A DNA stretch of 64,000 nt from Lingula anatina (Eukaryota > Animalia > Brachiopoda). The stretch is from positions 9,734,001-9,798,000 of the forward strand of contig CM120645.1 of NCBI GenBank assembly GCA_051362555.1. The letters run 5' to 3'. The notes under the pieces were generated by a model that had not been told where the DNA came from, searched no databases, and saw only the letters and a list, made by a program, of their open reading frames with translations. The position numbers and the translations under genes are program-made. Below are positions 1-11,200 of this stretch, piece by piece. Positions within the stretch are counted from its first letter, which is position 1. Each line of letters begins with the position of its first letter.

Positions 1-1844
1 ATTGTATAATGCTAATGTGAAATGCCACAGCAAAGACTGTCAGCTGGAATACTTAGGTACTAGTCTACTTACATAGCCGACTAGCGTGCACAGTCCAATT
101 TAACACTAAAGAGTATGGAATTTCGCCCACAGCTCAGAGCTTCTATCTTAATGCTCAGATTAATAAGGAAATTAACCCCATCCACTATTCGATTTTAATG
201 GACTGTTTCGCATTATCATACCTCATGCACCGGGAAAGACATTTTTGATAAATTACCCCCATTTTTCATATCATCGTTTTGTGATAAATCATCGGATAAA
301 TAAAAGTGCATTTACGCCAATGAAATTTATGTCACACACGCAAACGCACAATCACGTACATGCGAACGCACACACAAACTCGACAAAAATGGTTTTGCAC
401 ACACTCGCGCAAACATGTGCGTGCGGACACACACATTCACACAAACTCAGTATCATTTACACGTTACTCATCATTCTTTATTAAGAAACTATATGTCACT
501 GTCGCCAAAGATGTACACGTTGCGCCGCGGGGTAATGAAACCCTAGACAATTTATCATTAAACACGTGTATATCAATGAAAAGGTTTAGAACACACACAG
601 GCGTTTTTACTTCATGAGATTTCTCATTTCCCCCAAATATATCAGAATGAAAGACATGTACCTAAACTGGAGCAAGAGTCATTTATCGAAAAAGCGTGTT
701 TTTATTTAGGAGAATAGGAGCGATGTTTTGTATTGAAATAAAGCATACTTTCCTTGTGAGCAACAAAATACCAACATGACGTATCAAGCTAAATACACCT
801 GAAAACTGGATAAAATGACACGAAAGTTACGAGGTCACCTTAGTAGCTTTTAATGCACAGAGATTACAAAACTAAATTCAGAATTGGCTTTATGTAGGTA
901 TAAGCCATATATTTTATGAATTCGTTTAAAGATGTCAACTTGCCCCTAAGCCGATATTTACAAATATATTTTAAAGACTATAAGAAAAACTCACCCAAGA
1001 GCTTAGAATAGATTTTAAAAGTCACGAACACTTCATAGATCATTTACAGCGTAACATGAGAGGCTAAAAAGGTGGGCCGTATCTTTGTAGAAAGTGGAAA
1101 AACAAATCGTCAATTGCCTGTGGGCTATACACCATAGCGACCACCGAATATCTTGAACCATTTATGAAATACAGATACAGGATAATTTTGACATTAGTTT
1201 CATGACGTAACGCCAATGTTCTGTTCATAATTATAAGGTGTTTTTGTGCGTTCCCAAACGTCATATCGTATCAACGGATTTAGTTTTTCAACATTTCCAT
1301 TTTAAACAGGTCTTTACGGACCACGTTTTTAAATACATACAATGAGTGTTAATATTATAATGGGTTTATTGTACCTGTTTTGCAATGTATGCAGCCTGTG
1401 TATTGAATGCATATATGAAAATATAGTTTTAAAATGAAGTAAGATACAATCATAAAAAAATACATTTACAATGAATGTTATAAAAATATTTTTAAAAAGA
1501 TGTTGGTGTGCGTCGTTCTTTTGTGACTGAAACTACAGGAAACTCATTCCTCTATTATCAGCATTTCTGGTAATCTCTAGATATGCAAAAATAATATATG
1601 CTGATTACCGAGGCGAGAATTCAGTAATCTCTGCAGCTGTTTTACCTTCATTGCACCTCCCAGTTACAAATAGTCCCTAAGCTAAAACATTCCTTTTCTT
1701 TATTCTATACAGAGTGTGTGAATGTCCAATAGCTGTGACACTCTGTCAACAAATCTGGGCACATTTCACGTATCCGACAAATAAAAAGGGGATATCGGAA
1801 ATATTTATGTAATATTATCCCCGCTGTCATTTCCTCCCTCCCAA

Positions 1845-1856
1845 TATATATATAAA
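1845..1856 (+). promoter_or_regulatory. Possible TATA box for the membrane-receptor gene
   Basis: TATATATATAAA lies upstream of candidate donors (catg|gtaggt ~2050, ttaag|gtaaat ~2065) and a strong acceptor at 2293-2294. Consistent with a non-coding first exon, but could be a short TA repeat. Confidence 0.25.
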
Positions 1857-2348
1857 CAGTGTCCACGTTATGTTGAAGTGGTGGGATTAATTAATCTGTT
1901 TATTTGTCATTTAGTGTCCTTATTCCCAGCCCATTACTTTGTACACAGGGGCTGTCCTTATGAGGTGTGTTTAAGGGAGGTGATGTCAGGTATTAAGCGT
2001 GTTAACGTGATATCTGCGGGTAACTTGGTCCAATACTGGGCGTTCAACATGGTAGGTCTGTTAAGGTAAATTAAAGGCATAACAACCGTTCATTATGGCA
2101 AAAAAAAAAAAAAAAAAAAAATCCTGGGGTAAACGGCAATTTTTCCGTACTTACCAATGGTCAATGACTCTGTTCCTGCATTCAAAATTAGTCCAGGCTT
2201 TTTTCCTTAAAAGTTTGCTTTTTTGTAATAATCTCTTAAGTGTCCTTGTTTCACTAACTCTAGGTATTTTCATTTTATTTTTATATTTTCACAGGGAAAT
2301 TGCTGGAGAACACTACCGTGATAATCGAAACTGTCAATCACCTATGAC

Positions 2349-2792
2349 ATGAAGTCTCTACCTGAGTTACTGATGGTCTTACTGATGTATCTGCTAACTT
2401 TTCAGAGAACTGGCCATGCGGTTACAGCAACAGAACTTGCACAGAATTCGGAGAGTGGGCGAAAGGACCGTGCGATAGCGTCTACTTTGTGTGCCAGAGA
2501 GTACGCAACAGGAGAGAATGGACGTTAAAATGGTGTCTAGCACCGGGGTCCTCGTGTATCGATTTGCAACTGAATGTTAGCACTATTATTGTATTGAACT
2601 GTACAATACAATGCCCCGCCACAAGCACCGCAATGGTCTCAACTATCGCAACAACCGCTGAACTGTCGAGTAGCGCTGCCACAACGCCAACGACGCCAGT
2701 GACAACATCAACAACTGGAGACACGCCTATTAGACCATCGATTGGACCGCCTCCTAGTTCAACGCCTACACGCGAAACAACCAACGTGACAG
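2349..2792 (+). CDS. Uncharacterised type I membrane protein, ectodomain exon (signal peptide + Cys/Trp-rich TSP1-like module + Thr/Pro mucin-like stalk); apparent 1-nt frameshift at 2399-2402
   Basis: ATG 2349 gives MKSLPELLMVLLMYLLTF (signal-peptide-like). A different frame, open from ~2402, reads ENWPCGYSNRTCTEFGEWAKGPCDSVYFVCQRVRNRREWTLKWC...CTIQCP then ATSTAMVSTIATT...PSSTPTRETTNVT. Donor G|gt at 2793, phase 1. Alternative model: acceptor ctaacttttcag| at 2405 with an unidentified upstream exon. Confidence 0.65.
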
Positions 2793-3039
2793 GTCTGTTT
2801 GTTTGTCCATATTGTAGAGCATTTTCCAATTGCCTATTACAAGTGCTTATGATGACTGCTTTTGGTAGGCCTATAGATCTGCACGATTTTCATTTCGATT
2901 CCTTTTTGATAAAACCCTGTCACGTTTGAACGAAGAGTAAGTGTCAAGGAATGGGAAGCATTATACCTTAAATACAGTTCAAATCGCAATACAACTTATT
3001 GATTGTTATAAAACTATCTCTCATTTTTTTAAATTCCAG

Positions 3040-3241
3040 AATCTGAAGACGAAAACGGTTATAGTGGTGACGATGATAATGATGATGATGACCGAAGTGG
3101 GAATCACGTGACAGAAAAGAGATGGTCACATGACAGTAGGCGTCTTGGCGCCATTATTGGCGGTGTATTGGGATGTATGTGCCTGTTGGTGTCTGTAATC
3201 ATCATCTGTCTTTTCGTCTCAAGGAAAGGACTGTGTAAAAA
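3040..3241 (+). CDS. Membrane protein exon: acidic juxtamembrane segment and transmembrane helix
   Basis: Acceptor ttccag|3040 and donor AA|gtaag 3242. Phases match the flanking exons. Reads ESEDENGYSGDDDNDDDD...RR-LGAIIGGVLGCMCLLVSVIIICLFV-SRKGLCK (TM helix plus basic stop-transfer). Confidence 0.85.
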
Positions 3242-3361
3242 GTAAGATTTTGCTAAGTTTTGATGCCCATTCACCCTACCTCCGAGTTTGCTTGTCTTTG
3301 TAGTAGTATAGGCCTACTCCAGTTACGGAATTCAACTGAAACGTGTGTGTGTGAGGGGTGT

Positions 3362-3363
<2 letters not shown>

Positions 3364-3396
<33 letters not shown>
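3364..3396. repeat. Intronic poly-G tract (~33 G)
   Basis: Direct observation. Confidence 0.9.
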
Positions 3397-3612
3397 CGGG
3401 TGAGCAGGGTCTCGCTTTTTTTGTATCTTTTTCGGGTATAGACATCGTGAAACATAGCTTAGCCAGTAACTTTCTCTTTATTATTTCCGAAACAATATGT
3501 CCATTTTGTCTCACAACATTCTGCAATTTTTTCTCCGTTAAATGCCTGTATAACCACATTTTTCGTAATTGATTTATTCCAATTATTAATTATAATCACT
3601 GTTTTTACACAG

Positions 3613-3676
3613 GTCAGAGGATGAGGAAGTGAAACCGCATGAAAACGAAATGTATACATATTCGGACCCCGCCATG
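3613..3676 (+). CDS. Membrane protein exon, proximal cytoplasmic tail
   Basis: Acceptor tttttacacag|3613 and donor ATG|gtaagg 3677. Phase 2 in, phase 0 out. Reads KSEDEEVKPHENEMYTYSDPAM. Confidence 0.8.
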
Positions 3677-4009
3677 GTAAGGAACAAGAAAACACTTCTT
3701 TTCTCTCAAAATAAATTGATTCGGTTTCTTTTGTTTGTAGTAATTTTTGTAAGTCATTTGACAGTGTTTAGGCATATTGTTTAGGTGTGTGTATTGAATT
3801 ATTAAAACGATTTCTTTGAAAATGATAAATTTTGGTTTTCCAAGGTAAGAGACCTTTATTTTGCTTTATCTCTCAAATTAAAAACAATTGACCCATCTCT
3901 GTGAAGGATGAAAATGATTCCTGCATATTTACACATCAACTCAGAATGCCCCCCCTGGACAACTAACAGCTAACACAAACAAGTTTATATTTCTAAATAC
4001 TATTTTCAG

Positions 4010-4657
4010 AATGATCCCATTTATAACGACGGCACAAACACCAGTCTTCCGGCTGCTGTCCCCTCCACCGCGGGGCAAGTGAAGGGCGGTGCTTACGAGG
4101 TTCCCACCCGCGCGTCTGTGAGCAGCGCAAACAGTTACCAATTTTTACTCAGAGAAAACTCCCTCTACAAACCAACACAAAACACCGACGAAAACCCTTA
4201 CTATTCCACGGCCGAGGAAAATCAACTCCCTACGGCGCCCAGAAGGGCATCGCACTCAGAGGCTGGCGACTATTCTGACAGAACACCCGTGGAAGGGACG
4301 TACTATACAACGACAGATGGCTTCTTACACCATTACACAGAAATTCCAAATGACGTCCACCCAAGTGCATACGAGATTCAGCTCCCGAGCGAGCCTGCGC
4401 CCACGTCACCCCTATCGCCTTCCCAACCAGAATACCTCGACTTGATTGACTATACGGGGAACACGCCCAGGTCTCGCCCTGTGTCTCGGGCTGATCTTGA
4501 AGACAGTGGGTATAGTTTGGCCCGCGAGCCTGTTCATGACTATTTTGTGCTCGAGGACCCCAGTGAAACTCAGGGTGCTCAGGGGTCTGGCAGCCAGGTA
4601 AATCATGATTACTTTGTGCTGGAGGTGCCCTCACAAAACCAACGACACGTTTTATGA
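4010..4657 (+). CDS. Membrane protein last exon, tyrosine-motif-rich disordered cytoplasmic tail
   Basis: Acceptor tattttcag|4010, in frame with ORF 4079-4657. Motifs YEVP, YQFL, NPYY, YTEI, YLDL and HDYFVLE twice; stop TGA 4655-4657 (may extend to 4793, see findings). Confidence 0.85.
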   Translation, partial: NDPIYNDGTNTSLPAAVPSTAGQVKGGAYEVPTRASVSSANSYQFLLRENSLYKPTQNTDENPYYSTAEENQLPTAPRRASHSEAGDYSDRTPVEGTYYTTTDGFLHHYTEIPNDVHPSAYEIQLPSEPAPTSPLSPSQPEYLDLIDYTGNTPRSRPVSRADLEDSGYSLAREPVHDYFVLEDPSETQGAQGSGSQVNHDYFVLEVPSQNQRHVL

Positions 4658-6252
4658 TGGAATATTAATGGAGAAGGGATTAAGTTGTACTTACGATTTT
4701 TTATTTCACACGGGCGATTACTTAGTGCTGAATCAGGAATTTGTTTCCAATCGCCCTGATTACTTTAAATGCCGACGTCCAGCGCTTTCCTAAACGGCAA
4801 TAATTTTGTGTTAAGTAACATGAACAAGTTGCAGGGGATTTGAATTGAAGCCCCTTCTGAAATGTTCATCAATTTTCAACAATTGTGTACCTTCTGTTAC
4901 ACTGGAAAGCACAATAATTTTATTCTAGACAAAGTCGCCGATACTGGATATTATTCACGTGGTAAATTTGATGGGACATTTCCGAGAAGACTGGTGCGTC
5001 TATTTGTCCTTGGTTCTCAGTTATGTCTGCGCTACCCGCAGCGTCGGTAAACTACAAACCCTGTAGCGTCAGCGTAACATGGAAGATTTCCCAAATAGGT
5101 CCTATATCTACCCTCTATAGCAAAAATTACAAAATTATGTAACAGACTTCTAGTAGACCGTGTGGTCAGAGAGAGAGAGGCGTATCACCCGGACACCCAG
5201 CAGGAGGCGTTATATAAATGTCTGGGTACGAAAATTTGAATGTGATTTTTTTTAAACCTCCAGTTTCCAGAGCGCTCCAGTAGTGAATTAGTTCGACGAA
5301 CTCATAGCAAACAAACAGTTAATCCTTTCAGCGACCATTTTGACGGGTTTGGGGCATGCCTCTTTACAATGCTTTATATTATAATAAGTACATTCAGAGT
5401 GATTTTATTTCAATCATATGACTGTGATTTTAGTGACAGTATAACTTACATGACAAATAACCATATTCAATCTCATTGTTTTGTGAAGCACGATTTAATT
5501 AGATAATCAATCAAATAAATGTTTTGTTTACTTTGAAAATAAATGTTATGTTCATTATTGAGAACTAATGCACATGCCTTCTATGACATGTTGCTAAATC
5601 CTATACCATCAGTTGCTTTTTAGGCTCCTACTGGTGTAAAAAAAAGGGTTGAAAGAAATACCTTTAGGTACAAAAACAAACAACCAATAACCAAAAAACA
5701 TGTGCATGTTATTGTATCGGATCTGTTTTTAATTATGGTCGGAAATCTACATTCCAAACCAAGTGCACGCCGTAATTCCATACTTCATGTTACGAGATGA
5801 TTTTTAAATAGATAAATAAATAAATAAATAGACCTAAAACGAACTAAGCTTTGAAATTTCAATGGGAGATCTAGGATGGGCCCCAGCATTAGATCGCTTA
5901 AATTGGGAACCCAGACCATTCTCTAATGAGACCCTGTTATGTTAGACCCTTTTTCATCCCCAAAGATTTCGAGGTAGCATTTAACCCTCTCGCCCTTTAT
6001 AGAAACAGACTTAGAAGCGGAATGAAAAAAAAAATTTTATTTAGATATATTCTAATTAAAATTGAACCAAATATGAATATGTCATGAAACGATTTTTTAA
6101 GTGAAGGATTTCTGAACGAGTGGCACAAGAAAGTTATTACATTCTCATTATAAACGTGATTGTGCTTTTTAGAATATAATAACCGCGAGATGCATTAGTT
6201 GAGATCTCCAAGTCAGTCTAGACACATTTCACAACTTGGGGCTCCACGGAGG

Positions 6253-6386
6253 TGAGTCACTCGGGGTCACTCATCCGGGTATTTTACAAAAGGGTAGCGA
6301 CCCAGACGACAGCGCTGTGATTGGTCGAGCGGCTTCATGACGTCACAGGGTTGACATGTAAGCACAGCCAATATTTGCATGGCAAC
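6253..6386 (+). promoter_or_regulatory. DYRK2 proximal promoter motif cluster (AP-1, CCAAT x2, CRE, RFX X-box-like/octamer)
   Basis: TGAGTCA 6253-6259; ATTGG 6320-6324; perfect CRE TGACGTCA 6338-6345; CCAAT 6368-6372; ATTTGCATGGCAAC 6373-6386 (octamer overlapping an X-box-like site). CpG-enriched, ~200 bp upstream of the ATG. Confidence 0.6.
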
Positions 6387-6582
6387 CGGCCTCCATTATC
6401 CTCCGTTTGAAAAAAATAGCAACAAATTGTTTGGCTGAGGGAATAGGTAGCGACAAGATTCCTTGGAGATTGGACGCTTTAGATTCCATTCTCTACACTG
6501 ACTGATGGACAAGAGCTATGGTGAAGCGATCGAGTAGGTTTTAACGTTAGATTTTATCTTGTTTCCTGCTGTGATCGAAAGA

Positions 6583-8226
6583 ATGTCTACTCGTTTGGTA
6601 AAACCCATGCCCGTACAACGGACACGTTCTTTGATCGGAAATACAGACAATTTTATTGACAAACCGAACATGCATTTACCGCCTATTACCAGTCAGACGG
6701 GTATAGGGAGTACTGCACAAGGCCACCATCACGTCGGAGGACAGGGACTGAAGGTACAGCAGTTATACGATAATCATCATGACCACAAACACATACAAAA
6801 TGGCGGGGATCAACAGAATAATAACCCCTCACAGTCGCAAGGTATCCGTCCAACGAGCGTAGGAAGCTCTGGGAGTAATCGTGGATCGGCGAGAAAAACA
6901 GCAATGACCCCTGAGACTGCTATGAAACAGTATATGCATAAACTTTCCTCCTTTGAGCATCATGAGATATTTAATTATCCTCAAATCTATTTTGTGGGTC
7001 AAAATGCCAAGAAACGCCAAGGTGTAACAGGAGGGGCTGGGAACAATGGTTATGATGATGACCAAGGCTCCTATATCCATATTCCACATGACCATATATC
7101 CTATCGGTATGAAGTTTTGAAAGTTCTCGGCAAGGGTAGCTTCGGCCAAGTTGTTAAGGCATATGATCACAAAAACAATGCCCACGTTGCCTTGAAAATG
7201 GTACGAAATGAGAAACGATTCCATAGACAAGCTCAGGAAGAGATCAGGATTTTAGAACATTTGCGCAAACAGGACAAGGAAAATAACATGAATGTTGTAC
7301 ATATGAATGAACATTTCAATTTCCGTAATCATATATGCATCACATTTGAGCTTCTAAGCATGAACTTATATGAACTGATCAAAAAGAACAAATTCCAGGG
7401 ATTCAGTCTACAACTGGTACGCAAGTTTGCTCACTCCATCTTGCAGTGCCTGGACGCCTTATACAAGAACCGCATTATTCACTGTGATCTTAAGCCTGAG
7501 AACATTCTGCTGAAACAACAGGGTCGCAGTGGAATCAAAGTCATTGACTTTGGTTCAAGTTGCTACGAGCACCAGCGCATCTACACGTACATCCAGTCCC
7601 GTTTCTACAGAGCACCTGAAGTGATCCTTGGATCGAAGTATGGCATGCCTATAGATATGTGGAGCCTGGGCTGTATCCTGGCTGAGCTCCTCACCGGATA
7701 CCCTCTGTTCCCCGGGGAGGAAGAAGGAGACCAGCTTGCCTGCATAATAGAGCTCCTAGGTATGCCACCTCAGAAGCTGCTCGATCAATCCAAACGTGCC
7801 AGAAACTTCATCAGTTCCAAAGGGTTCCCCCGCTACTGCACTGTCGTCACACAGGCGGATGGACAAACGGTAATGTCCGGAGGGCGCTCAAAGCGTGGGA
7901 AGGCGCGGGGACCACCAGGCAGCAAGGAGTGGTCAGCTGCATTGAAAGGTTGTGATGATCCGCTGTTTCAAGATTTCATGCGCCGTTGCCTGGAGTGGGA
8001 CCCTGCAACGCGGTTGACCCCAGCACAGGCACTGCGACATGCATGGCTGCGACGCCGCCTTCCCAAAGCACCAAATGAGAATGCGACGAGAAATACGTCG
8101 GCTACAGGCAGTGGGATCAAGCTGCCCAATGGAATTCCCAGTGGTAAAAACCGAATTCCACCCATTTCTGAGGACCCTGCTCTCAACACCAGGACTAAAT
8201 TACCACAAATAGGCTCAACATCATAA
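6583..8226 (+). CDS. DYRK2: Dual-specificity tyrosine-phosphorylation-regulated kinase 2 (class II DYRK, DYRK2/3 ortholog), intronless CDS, ~547 aa
   Basis: NAPA/DH box ([22 protein letters not shown]...YDDDQGSY), [23 protein letters not shown], activation loop [13 protein letters not shown], class II insert [15 protein letters not shown]. Closely matches vertebrate DYRK2 as recalled. First in-frame ATG is at 6583 (the ORF track starts at an upstream TTG). Confidence 0.96.
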   Translation: MSTRLVKPMPVQRTRSLIGNTDNFIDKPNMHLPPITSQTGIGSTAQGHHHVGGQGLKVQQLYDNHHDHKHIQNGGDQQNNNPSQSQGIRPTSVGSSGSNRGSARKTAMTPETAMKQYMHKLSSFEHHEIFNYPQIYFVGQNAKKRQGVTGGAGNNGYDDDQGSYIHIPHDHISYRYEVLKVLGKGSFGQVVKAYDHKNNAHVALKMVRNEKRFHRQAQEEIRILEHLRKQDKENNMNVVHMNEHFNFRNHICITFELLSMNLYELIKKNKFQGFSLQLVRKFAHSILQCLDALYKNRIIHCDLKPENILLKQQGRSGIKVIDFGSSCYEHQRIYTYIQSRFYRAPEVILGSKYGMPIDMWSLGCILAELLTGYPLFPGEEEGDQLACIIELLGMPPQKLLDQSKRARNFISSKGFPRYCTVVTQADGQTVMSGGRSKRGKARGPPGSKEWSAALKGCDDPLFQDFMRRCLEWDPATRLTPAQALRHAWLRRRLPKAPNENATRNTSATGSGIKLPNGIPSGKNRIPPISEDPALNTRTKLPQIGSTS

Positions 8227-11200
8227 GGATTACCATATCCTTAAGTGCAAGAATATCAAAAATGTGCATTTTAACTGAGGAAAAAAAAACATTCAGGAAT
8301 ACTGTCTAAAATGGAATGGATATTTTCCATTTGAGGGTGATGAGAAAAAAATTCAATTAAATCAGCCGTCCATTTATTGACAAAAAAGTGATCTCTGTTT
8401 GAAGCCTGCACCACCACTAGTAGAGATACATACTTAATTAACGACTATTGGAGAACTATAATGGAAAGTATTATGAATCGGTGATGAAAGGATGGACTGT
8501 GATGTTATTCTGTATATTAGCGCACGACTATAGGAACATTGTGTACATAACAAACAAAACCAAACTCCTTTTTTATTAAGAAGTCATCCGGTGTTTGTCT
8601 TATCTACATTGGAGCTCCCCCAGAGACTAGTAATGCGCAATAATGGGGGAACATTTTAATTAATGCTAGGAGATTCTACTGCCATATCTTGGGTTAAAGA
8701 AACAACAGCAAGAGACCGCTGAGTAATATTTCACAGGCACTGGTCCTTCTTTATTTAAGTTTTTATATTAGGAAGCTGTTTTTCAATGCAATTCAATAAT
8801 GTTCTCTTCAATGTTGACCAATTTGTGAGGTGAGTTTTTAGTTCAAATTTCATTTTAGAATCAAAAGATCCTGTTAGCTTGAGGGGTTTTGTTGAGTATG
8901 GATTTTTTTCCCTTTACAATAAGCATAGGCACTATTGTGTCTGCGCAGAGTTTTATCGCTTTTACCATTATAGTGTACACATTCTCTTTTGCATTATTGA
9001 AAAGGTTGGGGCCATTCTGGTTTCTCAGATGTGCCGTCATTTTACACAAATTGATGCTGGTATACAAAGTTGCTTGGTTACTAGGCTTGCTTCAGCTGTT
9101 TGCATCAGATTGCAGTAGACAGAACAATTTATTACGATTTTTTTTCACATGATATCCTGCATGTCCAGGGAGTAGGAGTAAATTGGATGTTTTTTATCAG
9201 ATTGACTTTTATTGTCATTATAAGATGATTAATCTACACCAATATTATGGAATCTGCCGAGTATTGCAAAACGCCATTGCTCATTTTTAGTTGATAATCG
9301 GTTTTTATGTTTTGCTGATAGTGCATGGTCTACGGAAACAAGTCTCAGAACAAGGATAGTTTTAGAATGTACCGAGCATTTCTAGAATGTCAAGTGTATA
9401 CAAGGTACTTTTTAAAGTGGTAAAGTAGGGAAAAAAATCAATAATGAGAACTGCTGTCTACACATGCCCAACAATCACCTATTCGAAAGCCAGCTTGCTG
9501 GGTCTGCAAAATTGACTTGAGAGTCCAGCTGTGGGTCATACACGGCTATTATTCATACAGAAATGATTACAGAATTGATAAGGCAACCTACTCTCATTGT
9601 ATCATGTTTATAATGGTCCATATGCGAAGACTGAAAAGAGCGGGCGGGGAAATCGAATTGAATTAAGAGATCTGTGATGTTTTTATGACAACTGCTGATG
9701 GTTTATATAAATTTAACAGGGCCTGTTTTTTTTTTTCCTCTCGGATTATACAGTGACAGTCTCAGTGACCTAATAAGATCAGACAGACTGAATAGACCTG
9801 TAGCACTTTCCTTTATTTATTTGTGTTCCATTTGGCAGCCAGTCCTGTCTAGGTATCCTTAGGATAATATCCATGCCTTTGTTCATACTACACTGCCGAG
9901 TAGTGAATGGACTGGGAGCTACCTGTGGTTAATTACAAATTCATGGTGGTAATATTAACCCATAGCTGGAGGGAGACAGGTAGCCGAGTGCCAACCTCAG
10001 TTCATTCTGCACGATTGTCACCCGGTTAATCCATAATACAGAAGTTGGGGGGGGGGGGGGGGGGGAATTCAAGTTGAAAAATTCCACACCTTGACTAACT
10101 TGATTGTGTCAGTCTCAGTGTGGAGTCAAGCTTTGATGTCACGGGCTGTATTGACCTTAAGTCTTATCTAATCTTTAAACTTTGATGAATAACCAGAGAG
10201 CCTTATAGAATCCTACCTGTATGGACCGTAATTACTTCAATTAGTGCATCCCCAAGCAATTGTGAATTCTTTGCTTATTGTTAACCTACTAGCAATTACC
10301 TGTATATATATATTATATATATAAATCTAAGTAGGGAAATATGAGTTCAGACTGTTGATCACCATCACATGAGCTGCTGTTAATGGCACAGAAATGCCCC
10401 TTTCTATTGTGCTCTTTTTCTTCAAAGGGACTAGTATGAACCCTCTCATGTGTAGGTCTCAGCTGCAATATCTAGCAATACTCAGTTTTTGCAAAAATTG
10501 AAGCAAATGTAAGAGCAGATGGGAGAGGGTTTATGTATTTTTTTTTGGGGGGGGGAGGGAGGGGGTCTATTCTGCTTCCCTTCAACAACTGACAATTTCC
10601 TCAGCAAGTGCTCAAATGTAAATACTGAATGAGTATATATTGTATAAAAATCTATTATATAAGTGAAAGAGGAATATTTTTGTACCTAGACCTGGTATGT
10701 CTAGAGTCACACAAAAATTTAAGTCTCATGTGGAAGTAGAGTGTGCAGCAATTTCTGGAAGCTAGACTACAAAATGCCAAGCACTACAAATAGAATACTG
10801 AAGAACACGGTTGAGTTTTTTTTTTGAAGGGGTCAACATATAATTGGCTCTTCACCTGGCCATATCTACGGCCCTCTGAATGTTTGGTTTAAACTATCAG
10901 TTCTATCTGTGTATACATGCAGAGATATGGGCTGATTTTTTGTAGTGAGCTTGAATGCCCTGTGCTTTACGACACTGGATAAATAACACCTTCCAGACCC
11001 TGTAAATATCACTCGTATTAATTAAGACAGGTGAGGTTTGATGAAGAAAATACAACCCCCACCTGAAATATTAGTTGAAAGTGGACACTGCTTTCATGCT
11101 GTTGTTATAATATCATTGTTTTTTATTGCTATTGGTATGATTCATTTTATTGTTTTATTTATCTTTTTACTCTGGAAAATGTGGTTATTACATAATACTA

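Noticed and set aside
1713-1769. Possible upstream coding exon of the receptor (acceptor at 1712)
   Set aside because: The only open frame is phase-incompatible with the 2406 acceptor and is not signal-peptide-like.
6240-6582. Possible DYRK2 upstream exon and intron (ggag|gtgagt at 6252)
   Set aside because: No convincing acceptor before ATG 6583, and the interval holds promoter motifs; cannot be supported without transcripts.
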